Positions 30,732 through 40,656 of a DNA stretch of 64,000 bases are shown in pieces. Location of the stretch: NCBI GenBank assembly GCA_963737905.1, contig CAVTUQ010000038.1:64001-128000 (forward strand), read 5' to 3'. Both the position numbers and the translations under genes were made by a program. The notes under the pieces were generated by a model. The model did no database searches. It saw nothing but the letters and a program-made list of their open reading frames with translations, and was not told the DNA's origin. Position 1 is the first letter of the stretch. Every line of letters starts with the position of its first letter. The DNA comes from an uncultured delta proteobacterium (GTDB taxonomy: Bacteria; Desulfobacterota; Binatia; UBA9968).

Positions 30732-31973
30732 ATGCCGCAGAACAACAAGTCGAGTCGTTCTCCCTTCCGCCATCGAGACTTTCGTATTTTCTGGACGGGC
30801 TCGTTTTTTTCCAGCATCGGCACCCAATTCACCACGGTGGCGATGGCGTGGCAAATTTACGAATTGACCAACTCACCCTTTCAAATCGGTCTGCTTGGAT
30901 TGGCGCGCGCTCTGCCGCAGATTTTTCTATTGTTGTTCGCCGGACTCCTCGCTGACGCCGTCAACCGTCGCAAACTCATGATATGCACGCAGACGGGACT
31001 CTTCTGGGTCTCGGCGACCTTGGCTATGCTCACCTACTCAGGCATAGCCTCGCCGCAACTGCTTTACATCGCGACGATGTTGCTCGCGCTGTTCAGCTCA
31101 TTGGAGCAGCCTTCGCGCCAATCCCTTATCCCCAACCTGGTGCCGCGCGAGGATCTGGCGCAAGCGCTCGCGCTCCAGGGCACCCAGCGCTATGTGCCGA
31201 TGATCGCCGGGCCGTCGCTGGCGGGCATTGTATTGGCCTTTTTCGGTCCGGCCGCTTGTTACACCATCGACGCTCTGTCGTGGCTCGCGATGCTGCTGGC
31301 CTTGCTGCTCTTAAGAACCAAGATCTCCCAGGGCGGTGGTATGCGGGCGGTTTCGCTCCGGTCCCTTAAAGAAGGGATCGGTTTTGTGTGGGGACATGGG
31401 ATCATTCTGCCGTTGATGCTGTTGGATTTCGGGGCGACTTTCTTCGGCAACGTTCGCGGGCTATTGCCGATATTCGCGCGCGATATTCTATTCGTCGGCC
31501 CCACAGGACTCGGCGCGCTTTATGCCGCCAGAGCCGTGGGCTCGGTCTGCGCGGCCGCGGCCATGAGTCTTCGCGGCCCGGTGCGGCGCAGCGGCCTGTG
31601 GGTATTTATCGGTGTCGCTATTTACGGGGTTGCGACGGTTTTATTCGCCTATTCCGGCATGTTTTGGTTTTCCGTATTGATGCTCACTTTGACCGGCGTT
31701 GGAGATACGATCAGCTCGATCCTTCGCGGCACCATCAACCAGTTGCAGACTCCGGACGAGTTGCGCGGCAGGATGTCCTCCATCAATGGCATTTTTACCA
31801 TGAGCGGCCCGCAGCTAGGCCAATTCGAAATCGGAATCATCGCCGCCTGGCTAGGCAGCGAGATGGCGGCGCTGACCGGAGGGCTCGCGTGCTTGGCCAT
31901 TCTAGTCACCGTTTCTGCTATTTTCCCTTACGTAGGTCGCTTCCGGATTCACGCCGAGTTCGCTCCCGAGTGA
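30732..31973 (+). CDS. MFS transporter (MFS_3-like)
   Basis: FRHRDFRIFW, GLLADAVNRRKL, TPDELRGR; many hydrophobic segments. Confidence 0.9.
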   Translation: MPQNNKSSRSPFRHRDFRIFWTGSFFSSIGTQFTTVAMAWQIYELTNSPFQIGLLGLARALPQIFLLLFAGLLADAVNRRKLMICTQTGLFWVSATLAMLTYSGIASPQLLYIATMLLALFSSLEQPSRQSLIPNLVPREDLAQALALQGTQRYVPMIAGPSLAGIVLAFFGPAACYTIDALSWLAMLLALLLLRTKISQGGGMRAVSLRSLKEGIGFVWGHGIILPLMLLDFGATFFGNVRGLLPIFARDILFVGPTGLGALYAARAVGSVCAAAAMSLRGPVRRSGLWVFIGVAIYGVATVLFAYSGMFWFSVLMLTLTGVGDTISSILRGTINQLQTPDELRGRMSSINGIFTMSGPQLGQFEIGIIAAWLGSEMAALTGGLACLAILVTVSAIFPYVGRFRIHAEFAPE

Positions 31974-32050
31974 TCAACAGGAGTTCCTGCCACTAATCGC
32001 GAGAATTTTCCCGAAGGGCGAGAAACCTTCGCTTTGCAGCAGCGGTTCTC

Positions 32051-32080
32051 TTGACACCTTCATTGACCCGGCAATATGAT
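32051..32080 (+). promoter_or_regulatory. Putative sigma70 promoter of the TctC-like gene
   Basis: TTGACA-N18-TATGAT. Confidence 0.5.
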
Positions 32081-32147
32081 CCGCGCGTACGTCCGGCCGA
32101 TAGAGTTGGTTATAACGCCTGGCTCTTAGGCAGTCTGGAGAAACGCT

Positions 32148-33176
32148 ATGACTAGTTTCGCGCTTGCGCTGTTGTTGCTTCTAGCATCGATATCCAACCT
32201 TCAAGCTCAGACTCCTTTTTATCAAGGAAAAACCATCAGGATCGTCGTCGGCAATCTTGCGGGAGATGCCTATGATCTGTGGGCAAGGATCTTCGCCCAA
32301 TATATGGGCAAGTACATCCCGGGGAATCCAAATTTCATTGTGCAGAACATGACCGGAGCGGGCGGCGTGACGGCAGCCAACTATGTTTATGCCGTTGCCA
32401 AACCCGATGGTCTGACGATGGGGACATTCGGTCCGTCGATGTATTTTGATCAACTTTCAGGACGTAAAGAAGTTCAGTTTGACTGGTCCAAGTTCACCTG
32501 GATAGGCACGCCGGAGCAAACCGAGTTTATTTTAGTCATGAGGACGGATAATCCGTACAAATCCATTGAGGATATCCGCAAAGCGGCGGTGCCGCCCAAG
32601 TGCGGTGCCACGGGAACGAGCACTTCCGGCTATTACATCCCGAAGTTCTTGGACGAGGGTATGGGGATCAAATTCAACATCGTCACCGGTTACCCGGGCG
32701 GCGGTGAGATTGATCTCGGCATCGAGCGCGGCGAGTTGCAGTGCCGCAATTTGACGATCAGTACGTATTTTGCGCGCGAGCCCTTTTTAACCTGGCACAA
32801 AAACGGCTTTGTTCGCCCGATCATGCAAACGCCAAAGAAGCGAGATGCAAGAGTTTCCGATGTCCCAACCATTTATGAGTTGATGGACCAATACAAGACG
32901 CCTGAAATTAACCGCCGGGTGGCCACGGTCCTGCTCGCCCCGGCAATTTTTGGCAGGCCCATGGTGGCCACGCCGGGTGTTCCTCCGGACAGGGTAAAAA
33001 TCTTACGTGACGCCTATCACACGTCGCTCAAAGATCCGGCGTTGCTGGAAGAGCTGAAGAAAAGACGATGGGAGGTGGATGCGATCAGCGGGGAAGAAAT
33101 GGCCAATCTGGCGAAGGAGGTGATTTCCCAGCCGCCGGAGGTCATTGAGCGGATGAAGAAACTGCTGGGAAATTAG
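32148..33176 (+). CDS. Tripartite tricarboxylate transporter substrate-binding protein (TctC/Bug)
   Basis: FYQGKTIRIVV, NMTGAGG, KPDGLT, GYPGGGEI. Confidence 0.88.
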   Translation: MTSFALALLLLLASISNLQAQTPFYQGKTIRIVVGNLAGDAYDLWARIFAQYMGKYIPGNPNFIVQNMTGAGGVTAANYVYAVAKPDGLTMGTFGPSMYFDQLSGRKEVQFDWSKFTWIGTPEQTEFILVMRTDNPYKSIEDIRKAAVPPKCGATGTSTSGYYIPKFLDEGMGIKFNIVTGYPGGGEIDLGIERGELQCRNLTISTYFAREPFLTWHKNGFVRPIMQTPKKRDARVSDVPTIYELMDQYKTPEINRRVATVLLAPAIFGRPMVATPGVPPDRVKILRDAYHTSLKDPALLEELKKRRWEVDAISGEEMANLAKEVISQPPEVIERMKKLLGN

Positions 33177-33251
33177 CGCACGACTAAATTCAGTCGTCAG
33201 AATACGTTACGTTTAGCTCCGAGAGTTTGGAATCGGCGCAGTTGTGCGAGG

Positions 33252-34295
33252 CTATAGGATCCGATTGAACCACAGGAGTGATAGCACCGCCGAAATCAGC
33301 GCAATGACGGCTGCCGCCGCAGAAAACAGGGCGCTGATTTCCATGTCCCTTTTTTCCAGTACGAGTTTTGCGCTTAGCGACTGATAGACCTTCTTCAGAT
33401 CGGTTGCGGTGCCCGCGTAAAAATACTCGCCGCGCGTCATATTGGCGACCGCCTTGAGTGTTCCCTCATCGAGGTGGACACGCATGGACCAGCCTTCAAA
33501 GCCGATGGTCTCTCCGCTTGTCGTGCCGATCCCGACGGTGAAGATACGAACGCCGCGGTCGGCGGCCATTTGGGCCGCCTCGATGGTGCTGGGGCCCGTG
33601 GTCCTCTGGCCGTCCGTGAGCAAAATGATGGCGGCGGATGGATAGGAGCCCGGTGGAACCGGCGTGAATGCTGGCTTCTCCGCTTTGCGAGTTTGATCGA
33701 GCGGAACGCCACGCGGAGTGTCCCGCCCATAAATCAACGAGCTGACATCGATACCTGCCTCCGGGAAAATCGTTGCCAGAGAGACGATGATGCCGCTGCC
33801 AATCGCGGTGGCGCGTTGGAGCTGGAAGCGATCGATCGCCGCCAGAATGTCCTCGTGATTGTGGGTGGGCGGCTGCACGAGCGACGCCGTTCCGGCGAAG
33901 GACACCACGCCAATGCGTACATTTGAGGGCTGTTCGGCGACGAAGGCTTTCGCAGCGGCCTGCGCTGCGGCAATTCGATTGGGCTCAACGTCCCTGGCGC
34001 GCATGCTACCGGAGACGTCCATGGCGAGGATAATGGTGAGATGTTGGGATGGCAAGGTGACGACGGCAGCGGGACGGGCGATTGCGACGATCATTACGGT
34101 GAGCGCAACCAGGAAAAGCAGCGCAGGAATGTGGCGCCGCAGTCTCTGGCCCGCGCCCATCGCCTCCTTCACCATGCTCAAGCTGGCATAACTGAGCGCC
34201 GCTTGTTTTTTCCGGCGCAACAGAAAAACGTATCCGGCAACGAGCGCCGGCACCATCAGCAGCAGCCAAAGCATCTCAGGCCACAGAAACTTCAT
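33252..34295 (-). CDS. BatA-like membrane-anchored VWA domain protein
   Basis: DVSGSM MIDAS motif, TAIG, LLTDG; N- and C-terminal TM segments. Confidence 0.9.
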   Translation of the reverse strand: MKFLWPEMLWLLLMVPALVAGYVFLLRRKKQAALSYASLSMVKEAMGAGQRLRRHIPALLFLVALTVMIVAIARPAAVVTLPSQHLTIILAMDVSGSMRARDVEPNRIAAAQAAAKAFVAEQPSNVRIGVVSFAGTASLVQPPTHNHEDILAAIDRFQLQRATAIGSGIIVSLATIFPEAGIDVSSLIYGRDTPRGVPLDQTRKAEKPAFTPVPPGSYPSAAIILLTDGQRTTGPSTIEAAQMAADRGVRIFTVGIGTTSGETIGFEGWSMRVHLDEGTLKAVANMTRGEYFYAGTATDLKKVYQSLSAKLVLEKRDMEISALFSAAAAVIALISAVLSLLWFNRIL

Positions 34296-35184
34296 GTTTT
34301 CCTCTTAAGTGATGCGGCAGGCTTCCGCCCGCCGCCAACTGGCTTCGCCGCTTGCGCAGGTCGGCGAACCGCAGAATTGCATCGACGAGATCGTCGTTGG
34401 TGGACAACTCCAGCGCGTCCACGCCAGCCCGGCGGAATGCCGACCGGAGCTCCTGCTCACGCCGCTCGGCCACCGCTGCGAAACGCTTTCTAAAAGCTCG
34501 ATCATGGGTGTCGACGAACAACCGTTCTCCGGTTTCGGCATCCCGCATCACGAGGAGCCCCAGATCGGGCAATTCCCGCTCCAACGGATCGTAGAGCCGA
34601 ATCGCGATGATCTCGTGGCGCCGCGCCAGATGTGCCAGCGGCTCGGCCCAGCCGGGCGCACTAATGAAATCGGAGACGACGAAAACGAGGGATCGCCTTT
34701 GCATGACCCGAAAAGCGGTCTCCAGAAGATCGCGCAGGTTCGTCGCGGCCGAGTGGGAGCGCTCGGGCCGGGAAAGCAACCTGTGGAGGACGTGGAGCAC
34801 GTGGCGCCGGCCGCTCCGCGCTGGAATCACCGTATCTACGCTGTCGCCGTAAAACAGCGCCCCGATGCGATTGCCGTGACGGGTCAAGAGCCGCGCCAGT
34901 ACAGTGACGAATTCGGTCGACACGGACCGCTTCTTCACCTGGGAGCCGAAATCCACGGAGGGGCTCAGGTCCAGCAGGAACCACGCCGTAACTTCTCGAT
35001 CTTCATTGTAAACCCTCACATGGGGTATCTGGAGACGCGCGGTGACGTTCCAATCGATGTAACGGACATCATCGTGATACTGGTACTCGCGCAGATCGGC
35101 CAGGTCCAGCCCAAAACCGCGAAACAAGGTTTGGTAATCGCCGTGCAGCAGCCCGTCCAGGCGACGAATCACGGTCCATTCCAA
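34276..35184 (-). CDS. DUF58 domain protein (true start probably further upstream)
   Basis: LREYQYHDDVRYIDWNVTAR, DLSPSV, VSDF. Confidence 0.88.
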   Translation of the reverse strand: MEWTVIRRLDGLLHGDYQTLFRGFGLDLADLREYQYHDDVRYIDWNVTARLQIPHVRVYNEDREVTAWFLLDLSPSVDFGSQVKKRSVSTEFVTVLARLLTRHGNRIGALFYGDSVDTVIPARSGRRHVLHVLHRLLSRPERSHSAATNLRDLLETAFRVMQRRSLVFVVSDFISAPGWAEPLAHLARRHEIIAIRLYDPLERELPDLGLLVMRDAETGERLFVDTHDRAFRKRFAAVAERREQELRSAFRRAGVDALELSTNDDLVDAILRFADLRKRRSQLAAGGSLPHHLRGKHEVSVA

Positions 35185-35237
35185 GCGCCGCAGTATGGCC
35201 TCAGCCCCGGGGGCGGCTATGCGTGTGGCTTATCGCT

Positions 35238-35300
35238 GTCTCGGGTTCCGAGTCTCGGGTCTAAACGCGAAACCCGAAACTCTAGACTCGAAACTCCCGA
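35238..35300. repeat. Degenerate 7-mer repeats in inverted arrangement
   Basis: GTCTCGG GTTCCGA GTCTCGG GTCTAAA / CGCGAAA CCCGAAA CTCTAGA CTCGAAA. Confidence 0.65.
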
Positions 35301-35304
35301 TCCG

Positions 35305-36321
35305 TTAGGAGCTGGCAGCGACTTTGACATGGGTCTCCAGCGGCTTATCGGGAGCCGGGATGTGCTGCATGATACGATGGATCAGTTGATCTGACGTCAT
35401 CGCTTCGGCGAGGGCCTCATAGGTTAATACGAGCCGGTGCCGAAATACGTCAGGCACTAGATCCGTCACGTCATCGGGCAAGACATAGGTTCGCCCGCGC
35501 AGGAACGCCAACGCCCGTGCGCCCTCAATGAGATTGATCGAGGCGCGCGGACTCGCGCCGAATGACACGTACTTCGCCAGGTCGCTGACACCGTAGCGAT
35601 CCGGATCCCGCGTAGCGGAGGCGAGCCGCACCGCATGTTGCTTGAGCGCCGGGTCCACATAGACGCTCCGGCACTCGCGCTGCAGCTCGCTCAATTGCTC
35701 TGTCGTGGCCATAGGGACGACATCGTTGGGAACGCCGGTGACCCGGTCGACGATAACGAACTCCTCTTCCTCGGTCGGATACCCGACGAGCACCTTCATC
35801 ATGAACCGGTCCACTTGCGCCTCGGGCAACGGGTAGGTTCCCTCCGTCTCGATGGGATTCTGCGTGGCCATTACCAGGAACGGCTCAGGGACTCGGTGAC
35901 TCTCGCCGGCGATCGTAACTTGGCGTTCCTGCATCACCTCCAGCAAGGCACTTTGCACTTTCGCCGGCGCCCGGTTGATCTCATCGGCAAGAAGAAGATT
36001 GGTGAAGACGGGCCCCAACGAGGTGGTGAAGTCGCCGGTCTTCTGGTTGTAGATGCGAGTTCCCACCAGATCCGCCGGAACGAGATCCGGCGTGAATTGA
36101 ATTCTTTTGAACGACCCGCGAATGGTTCTGGCGAGGGTCTTGACCGTAAGGGTTTTGGCGAGCCCCGGGACGCCCTCGACGAGCAGATGCCCCTGCGCCA
36201 GCACGGCTACCAGCACACGCTCCAGGAAATGATCCTGGCCGACGATGACCTTCTTTACTTCGTAGAGAATGCGCTCCATGAGTGAAGCAATTTCGCTGCG
36301 GCTCGTTTCTTTGTTGTTCAT
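35305..36321 (-). CDS. MoxR family AAA+ ATPase
   Basis: GVPGLAKT, LLADEINRAPAKVQSALLE, ATQNPIETEGTYPLPEAQVDRF. Confidence 0.95.
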   Translation of the reverse strand: MNNKETSRSEIASLMERILYEVKKVIVGQDHFLERVLVAVLAQGHLLVEGVPGLAKTLTVKTLARTIRGSFKRIQFTPDLVPADLVGTRIYNQKTGDFTTSLGPVFTNLLLADEINRAPAKVQSALLEVMQERQVTIAGESHRVPEPFLVMATQNPIETEGTYPLPEAQVDRFMMKVLVGYPTEEEEFVIVDRVTGVPNDVVPMATTEQLSELQRECRSVYVDPALKQHAVRLASATRDPDRYGVSDLAKYVSFGASPRASINLIEGARALAFLRGRTYVLPDDVTDLVPDVFRHRLVLTYEALAEAMTSDQLIHRIMQHIPAPDKPLETHVKVAASS

Positions 36322-36353
36322 ATCTTCCTGCGCGTTGCGTTTTTGCTGTCGGG

Positions 36354-37298
36354 CTAGAACGGCGGTAATCCCACAGCAGCTGCTGCATTCTCGATGGGAA
36401 CCGCAAATCCAATGCCCACGAAAACCCGCTGATTGGTCGGGTTGAGAATGCCGGTGACGATGCCAACGACCTCGCCGTCTAGGGTCACCAGCGGCCCGCC
36501 GGAATTTCCGGGATTAGCCGCCGCGTCGAACTGGATGAGATTCGTCAGCAGGCGCTTCCCTTCCGGGGAGCGGAATTCTCGCCGCAAACCGGACACCACT
36601 CCCGCTGTCACCGAAGGGCCGATGCCGAACGGAAAGCCCACGGCAACGACTTGGTCGCCCAGTTTGAGGTCTGCGGTGGATCGCATGGTGGCCGCGAAAA
36701 GATCGTCGGGTATCGTTTGCGCCTGAAGCACGGCCAAATCGTGCTCCGGCCGTACGCCGGTTACCGTAGCATCGGATTCAAGTCCGTCGGCGAACACAAC
36801 TTGCACCCGCTTGGCGCCGAGCACAACGTGGAGATTGGTGAGGATAGTGCCTTTATCGACGATGACCACTCCAGTGCCAACGCTCTTCTCGGTGTTCTCG
36901 CCGCCGGCTTTGTCAGGTCCTAACCCACGCACCCGAACAATGGACGGCCGAATCACCTCGTACGCCTTCGCTGCGGGTGACGGAAGGGTGTTGGTCTCCA
37001 GCGTGTGAAGCACCGCGGCGCGGATATCTTCCTGGGTGATCGGGCGGGGTGAAGGCGTGATCGTCGCATAGGTAAACAGCAGGAGGAGTGCGAGCAGGCC
37101 GCCGCCGGCGAACCATAGGAGCCGTCCATGGCGTGCGCAGAAGTTTCGCCATGAGAAGCGGTGCGCTTCGCCGGCGACTTGAGCGGACGGCTTTTCGCTT
37201 GTCCGATCGGGTTTTTGGAATGGATCCGGATGATGGGCCGGAGTTGCCCGCCCGGTCATCGACGAACGGCTAGAACTATAAAGCGTTATCCTTTTCAT
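36354..37298 (-). CDS. Membrane-anchored trypsin-like serine protease (HtrA-like, no PDZ)
   Basis: One TM segment, TNLHVV, DLAVL, NPGNSGGPL. Confidence 0.9.
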   Translation of the reverse strand: MKRITLYSSSRSSMTGRATPAHHPDPFQKPDRTSEKPSAQVAGEAHRFSWRNFCARHGRLLWFAGGGLLALLLLFTYATITPSPRPITQEDIRAAVLHTLETNTLPSPAAKAYEVIRPSIVRVRGLGPDKAGGENTEKSVGTGVVIVDKGTILTNLHVVLGAKRVQVVFADGLESDATVTGVRPEHDLAVLQAQTIPDDLFAATMRSTADLKLGDQVVAVGFPFGIGPSVTAGVVSGLRREFRSPEGKRLLTNLIQFDAAANPGNSGGPLVTLDGEVVGIVTGILNPTNQRVFVGIGFAVPIENAAAAVGLPPF

Positions 37299-37639
37299 AT
37301 GTGGCTCATCGGCTCACTCGCAAATGAGTGTTAAAGTAAAAGATATTTATCTTCTATCTATACTAACGCCTGTTAGCTTTAAAGCTATCCCAGTTATTAG
37401 CGACTGTCCAGCGTTAACGATTTGCCGGAACGTCGAGGAACCGTTTGATCGGCGCGGGCCCGCGCCGCCGCTTTAAGCGCCGTATCGCTAAGCCATTCGC
37501 GAGCGGCAGCGGATTGCGTTTCAGGCTTTTCCTTGACACGAATGGAGGAGGGCGATTTTAGTAGGTTTTCTGGATTTCCTAATTTCACAAACGAATTGCA
37601 AGATTTCGGAGATCAGGGGAAAGCTCTTTATAACTCTCG

Positions 37640-38362
37640 ATGAATTATGAATCCACCGCAGACACTTCGCCAAGACAAAATGGACTGGCCATAGCGCTAT
37701 CTCACCTCGATGACCGCGGGTTTGTGGTCATTCCCGCGGTTCTCTCGCAGAGGGCATGTGAAGAGATAACGAGGGTTTATGCCGACGACCGGCAATTTCG
37801 TAGTCGGATCGAAATGGAACACTATGCCTTCGGCAAGGGCGAGTACAAATATTTCGCTTATCCACTACCCTTAATTGTTCAGCAGCTCCGGGATTCCCTT
37901 TATCCCCGTCTTGTGCCCCTCGCCAACGAGTGGCTTTCTCGCCTGGGGAGCAAGAGATCTCGGTACCCTGAAAAGCTATCGGAGTTTAGCGACCAATGTC
38001 ACCGGGCAGGTCAGACACGACCCACACCGCTAATGCTGAAATACGGTGCCGGCGATTTCAATTGTCTGCACCAGGATTTGTACGGCGAGATGGTTTTTCC
38101 TTTTCAAGTCACTTTCTTCTTAAGCCGGCGCGGCAAGGATTTTGCGGGCGGAGAATTTATTGTTGCCGAACAGCGGCCCCGCAGGCAGACGCGGATCGAA
38201 GCGCTTTCGCCAGACCAAGGCGACGCGGTTATTTTTGCAGTTCATCATCGTCCCGTTCGGAGCGCCCGAGGTTACTACCGAGCCAACCTGCGTCACGGGG
38301 TGAGCACCGTTCACTCCGGCGAGAGATACACCTTAGGGATTATTTTCCACGATGCAAAATAA
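37640..38362 (+). CDS. 2OG-Fe(II) oxygenase (DUF2086-type)
   Basis: GKGEYKYF, RPTPLML, LHQDLYGE, RHGVS, TLGIIFHDA. Confidence 0.88.
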   Translation: MNYESTADTSPRQNGLAIALSHLDDRGFVVIPAVLSQRACEEITRVYADDRQFRSRIEMEHYAFGKGEYKYFAYPLPLIVQQLRDSLYPRLVPLANEWLSRLGSKRSRYPEKLSEFSDQCHRAGQTRPTPLMLKYGAGDFNCLHQDLYGEMVFPFQVTFFLSRRGKDFAGGEFIVAEQRPRRQTRIEALSPDQGDAVIFAVHHRPVRSARGYYRANLRHGVSTVHSGERYTLGIIFHDAK

Positions 38363-38393
38363 GGGGAATTCGCGGGATAACGCGTAGTTGCGA

Positions 38394-39338
38394 TTAGTTT
38401 TGGCCCAGCCGCTTCAGTTCGGTGCTGGCTCCGTGGGATTCATAAAAGTTCGACGGGCAACCCTTCTCCGCGGCGCGCAGCAAGGGAATCGCCGCGCTGA
38501 CCTGCGCTCTGAAAAGTCTGGACTCTCCGGCATGGAAATTCGCCGCACACGTCATTTCATTTTTCATCTTGGGATCGGGGTTGTTGGCTGCTGCGAACAT
38601 GGCCTTCTCGTCGATTCTTCCCAGATGAAAATCTATGATAGGCGCGGGCCAACGACGCTCCTTGAGGTTTGCTGCGTCGACCTCTAGATCGCGAGCAGCG
38701 GCTAGAGCGTTACCGATCTTGGCTTCCGCCAGATAACGAAAGAGAATGACCCACGTGTCATCCGGGTTAGATTTCGTGTAGGTCTCAAACATCTCGGCGC
38801 TTTGGGTCATTCGGCCCAGGTAGAAAAATAAGAAACCTTTAGCGCGCTCTGCGGCAAACTTTGGATCTGCCTGCGTCGCCGCCTCGTAATCGGCGAGCGC
38901 CTGTTCATACTGGCGCTTGGCCTCGTATGCCTTGGCACGCCTTATCAAGGCGGGACCATGGCTGGGATTGCGTTTGAGAGCTTCATCGAAGCCGTCGATA
39001 GCACGGTCGTAGTCATTCTTTTCAAAATACGCGCTCCCACGACGATAGAAGCAATCCGCATCGGCCAGACCCAAGCGTATGGCCTGGTCGTAGTCTTCAA
39101 TGGCGCGATCGTAGTCTTTCTTTTTGTAGTAGGCGAAGCCGCGGTGATTGAAGGCAGCGGCAAGCTCTTGATCCGAGATTTCAGTTAGTTGGATAGCCGC
39201 CGTGCAATGATCGATGGCCAGATCAAAATCGTTTCGTTCGGCTTCGACTGCGCACTTGTTAACTTCGCCGTCTGAATGCGCCCGCGCGGCATCTCCGAAA
39301 GCGAGTAATGCAATGAACAACAAAATCACTCTCAACAT
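38394..39338 (-). CDS. Exported TPR protein (NlpI-like)
   Basis: Signal peptide from ATG 39338, repeated RG.AY..K..YDRAI.D.D.A units, WPAPII. Confidence 0.82.
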   Translation of the reverse strand: MLRVILLFIALLAFGDAARAHSDGEVNKCAVEAERNDFDLAIDHCTAAIQLTEISDQELAAAFNHRGFAYYKKKDYDRAIEDYDQAIRLGLADADCFYRRGSAYFEKNDYDRAIDGFDEALKRNPSHGPALIRRAKAYEAKRQYEQALADYEAATQADPKFAAERAKGFLFFYLGRMTQSAEMFETYTKSNPDDTWVILFRYLAEAKIGNALAAARDLEVDAANLKERRWPAPIIDFHLGRIDEKAMFAAANNPDPKMKNEMTCAANFHAGESRLFRAQVSAAIPLLRAAEKGCPSNFYESHGASTELKRLGQN

Positions 39339-39628
39339 GAGGACTCCCATTTGTCTCTGGGGTTTTCGGGTTACCTGTCGATTCGAAGTTTTGAATATGA
39401 GCAACCGATATGCCATCAAACCGGGTGATTTCGGTTTGATGGCCACGCTGCAATTAGAAGTAAGAGGGGAATTTAGCGGAATTTTCTCAGAAGCTGTGAA
39501 ATGGGTGAGGTATCCACCGGTAGACGAAATTGTCCGCTGCCGGTAAGAAACGACCGGATTTGCAGGCCGGGTCGAGGATGAAGGCTAGCTTGATCCGGGG
39601 GAGAAAGAGGGAGCGAGAGCCGCAATTA

Positions 39629-40654
39629 TTAATGCGGTGCGGTCACCGCGAGAGTTAAAATCCTCTGGATCATCCTGGGATACGTGAAGCCCACTTTCAT
39701 GGCAGACTGGGCAAATTCATCATCACGATCCAAGTTCGGATTTGGATTGGCTTCCAGAATTACGATCTCGCCATCCGGGGTGATGCGCAAGTCGATCCGC
39801 CCGTAGCCGCGAATCCGCAGCGCTCGATAGGTTGATCTACAGATCTTCGCTACGCGTTGATGTATGCCGTTCGGCAGCGGTTCGGCAAAAATGTTTTGGA
39901 TGCCCCAGCGCTTGCGATAAGCGTCGTCCCACTTGGCTTTGAACGTCGAGAACTTCGGCTGCCCTTCGGGAACTTCGGAGAAGATCACCTCGCGGTAGGG
40001 AAAGACGCGCAGACGATCGTTGCCTAAAATACTGACGTAAAGTTCCCGTCCCTCGATGTATTCCTCCGCCAGGGCTTCCTGGTTCAGCCGTTCGTGGATA
40101 AAGCGAATCCGTTCTTCGAACCCGGGATCGTTATCGACGAACGAATCCAGCGAAATACCGACGGAGCCTTCTTCTTTGAGCGGCTTGATGAAGAGCGGGA
40201 ATCTGAGTCGCTTGGGTCTCTTGATGCTCGAACCGGGAGAGAAAATAGCAAAGTTCGGAACGCGAATGTCGTGATAAGCCAGGAGTTCCTTGGCCATCCC
40301 TTTGTTCTTACACAATGTCAGTCCCGTGGGGCTTGAGCCGGTATAGGGCACGTCCATCATTTCGAGCAAACCGGCTACGTTCCGATCGTAGGCTGAGACT
40401 TCATTAAAGTGCTCGGTGAGGTTGAAGACGACATCGGGAGGATTGGTTTTGATCTCGTCGATGATCATTCCTGGCTCATCCCACACACCGATGGTCCGAA
40501 CTTCGTGCCCGAGTTTCTTGAGCGCGCTGATGACGTGGGCTTCGGCTGCCCAGTCATCGGTTTTCAATTCCTTGGTGAAATCCTGATCCGGCGGGGGCGT
40601 GCCCGCCGTATCGAACAGGACCAACACTTTGTATCGCTTTTTGGCCCGAACCAT
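39629..40654 (-). CDS. ATP-grasp ligase, D-Ala-D-Ala ligase-like C-terminus
   Basis: VFNLTE, PYTGS, FIKP..EEGSVGI, EEYIEGREL, GYGRIDLR, LEANPNP. ATG at 40654 follows the upstream stop. Confidence 0.85.
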   Translation of the reverse strand: MVRAKKRYKVLVLFDTAGTPPPDQDFTKELKTDDWAAEAHVISALKKLGHEVRTIGVWDEPGMIIDEIKTNPPDVVFNLTEHFNEVSAYDRNVAGLLEMMDVPYTGSSPTGLTLCKNKGMAKELLAYHDIRVPNFAIFSPGSSIKRPKRLRFPLFIKPLKEEGSVGISLDSFVDNDPGFEERIRFIHERLNQEALAEEYIEGRELYVSILGNDRLRVFPYREVIFSEVPEGQPKFSTFKAKWDDAYRKRWGIQNIFAEPLPNGIHQRVAKICRSTYRALRIRGYGRIDLRITPDGEIVILEANPNPNLDRDDEFAQSAMKVGFTYPRMIQRILTLAVTAPH

Positions 40655-40656
40655 GA

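Noticed and set aside
34309-35394. Long antisense ORFs (e.g. 34309-35394, 18424-19254, 19696-20490, 24327-25106)
   Set aside because: Shadow ORFs opposite well-supported genes, as expected in GC-rich DNA.
37397-37588. 63-aa ORF between the protease and the 2OG oxygenase
   Set aside because: No motif or clear RBS; may be chance.
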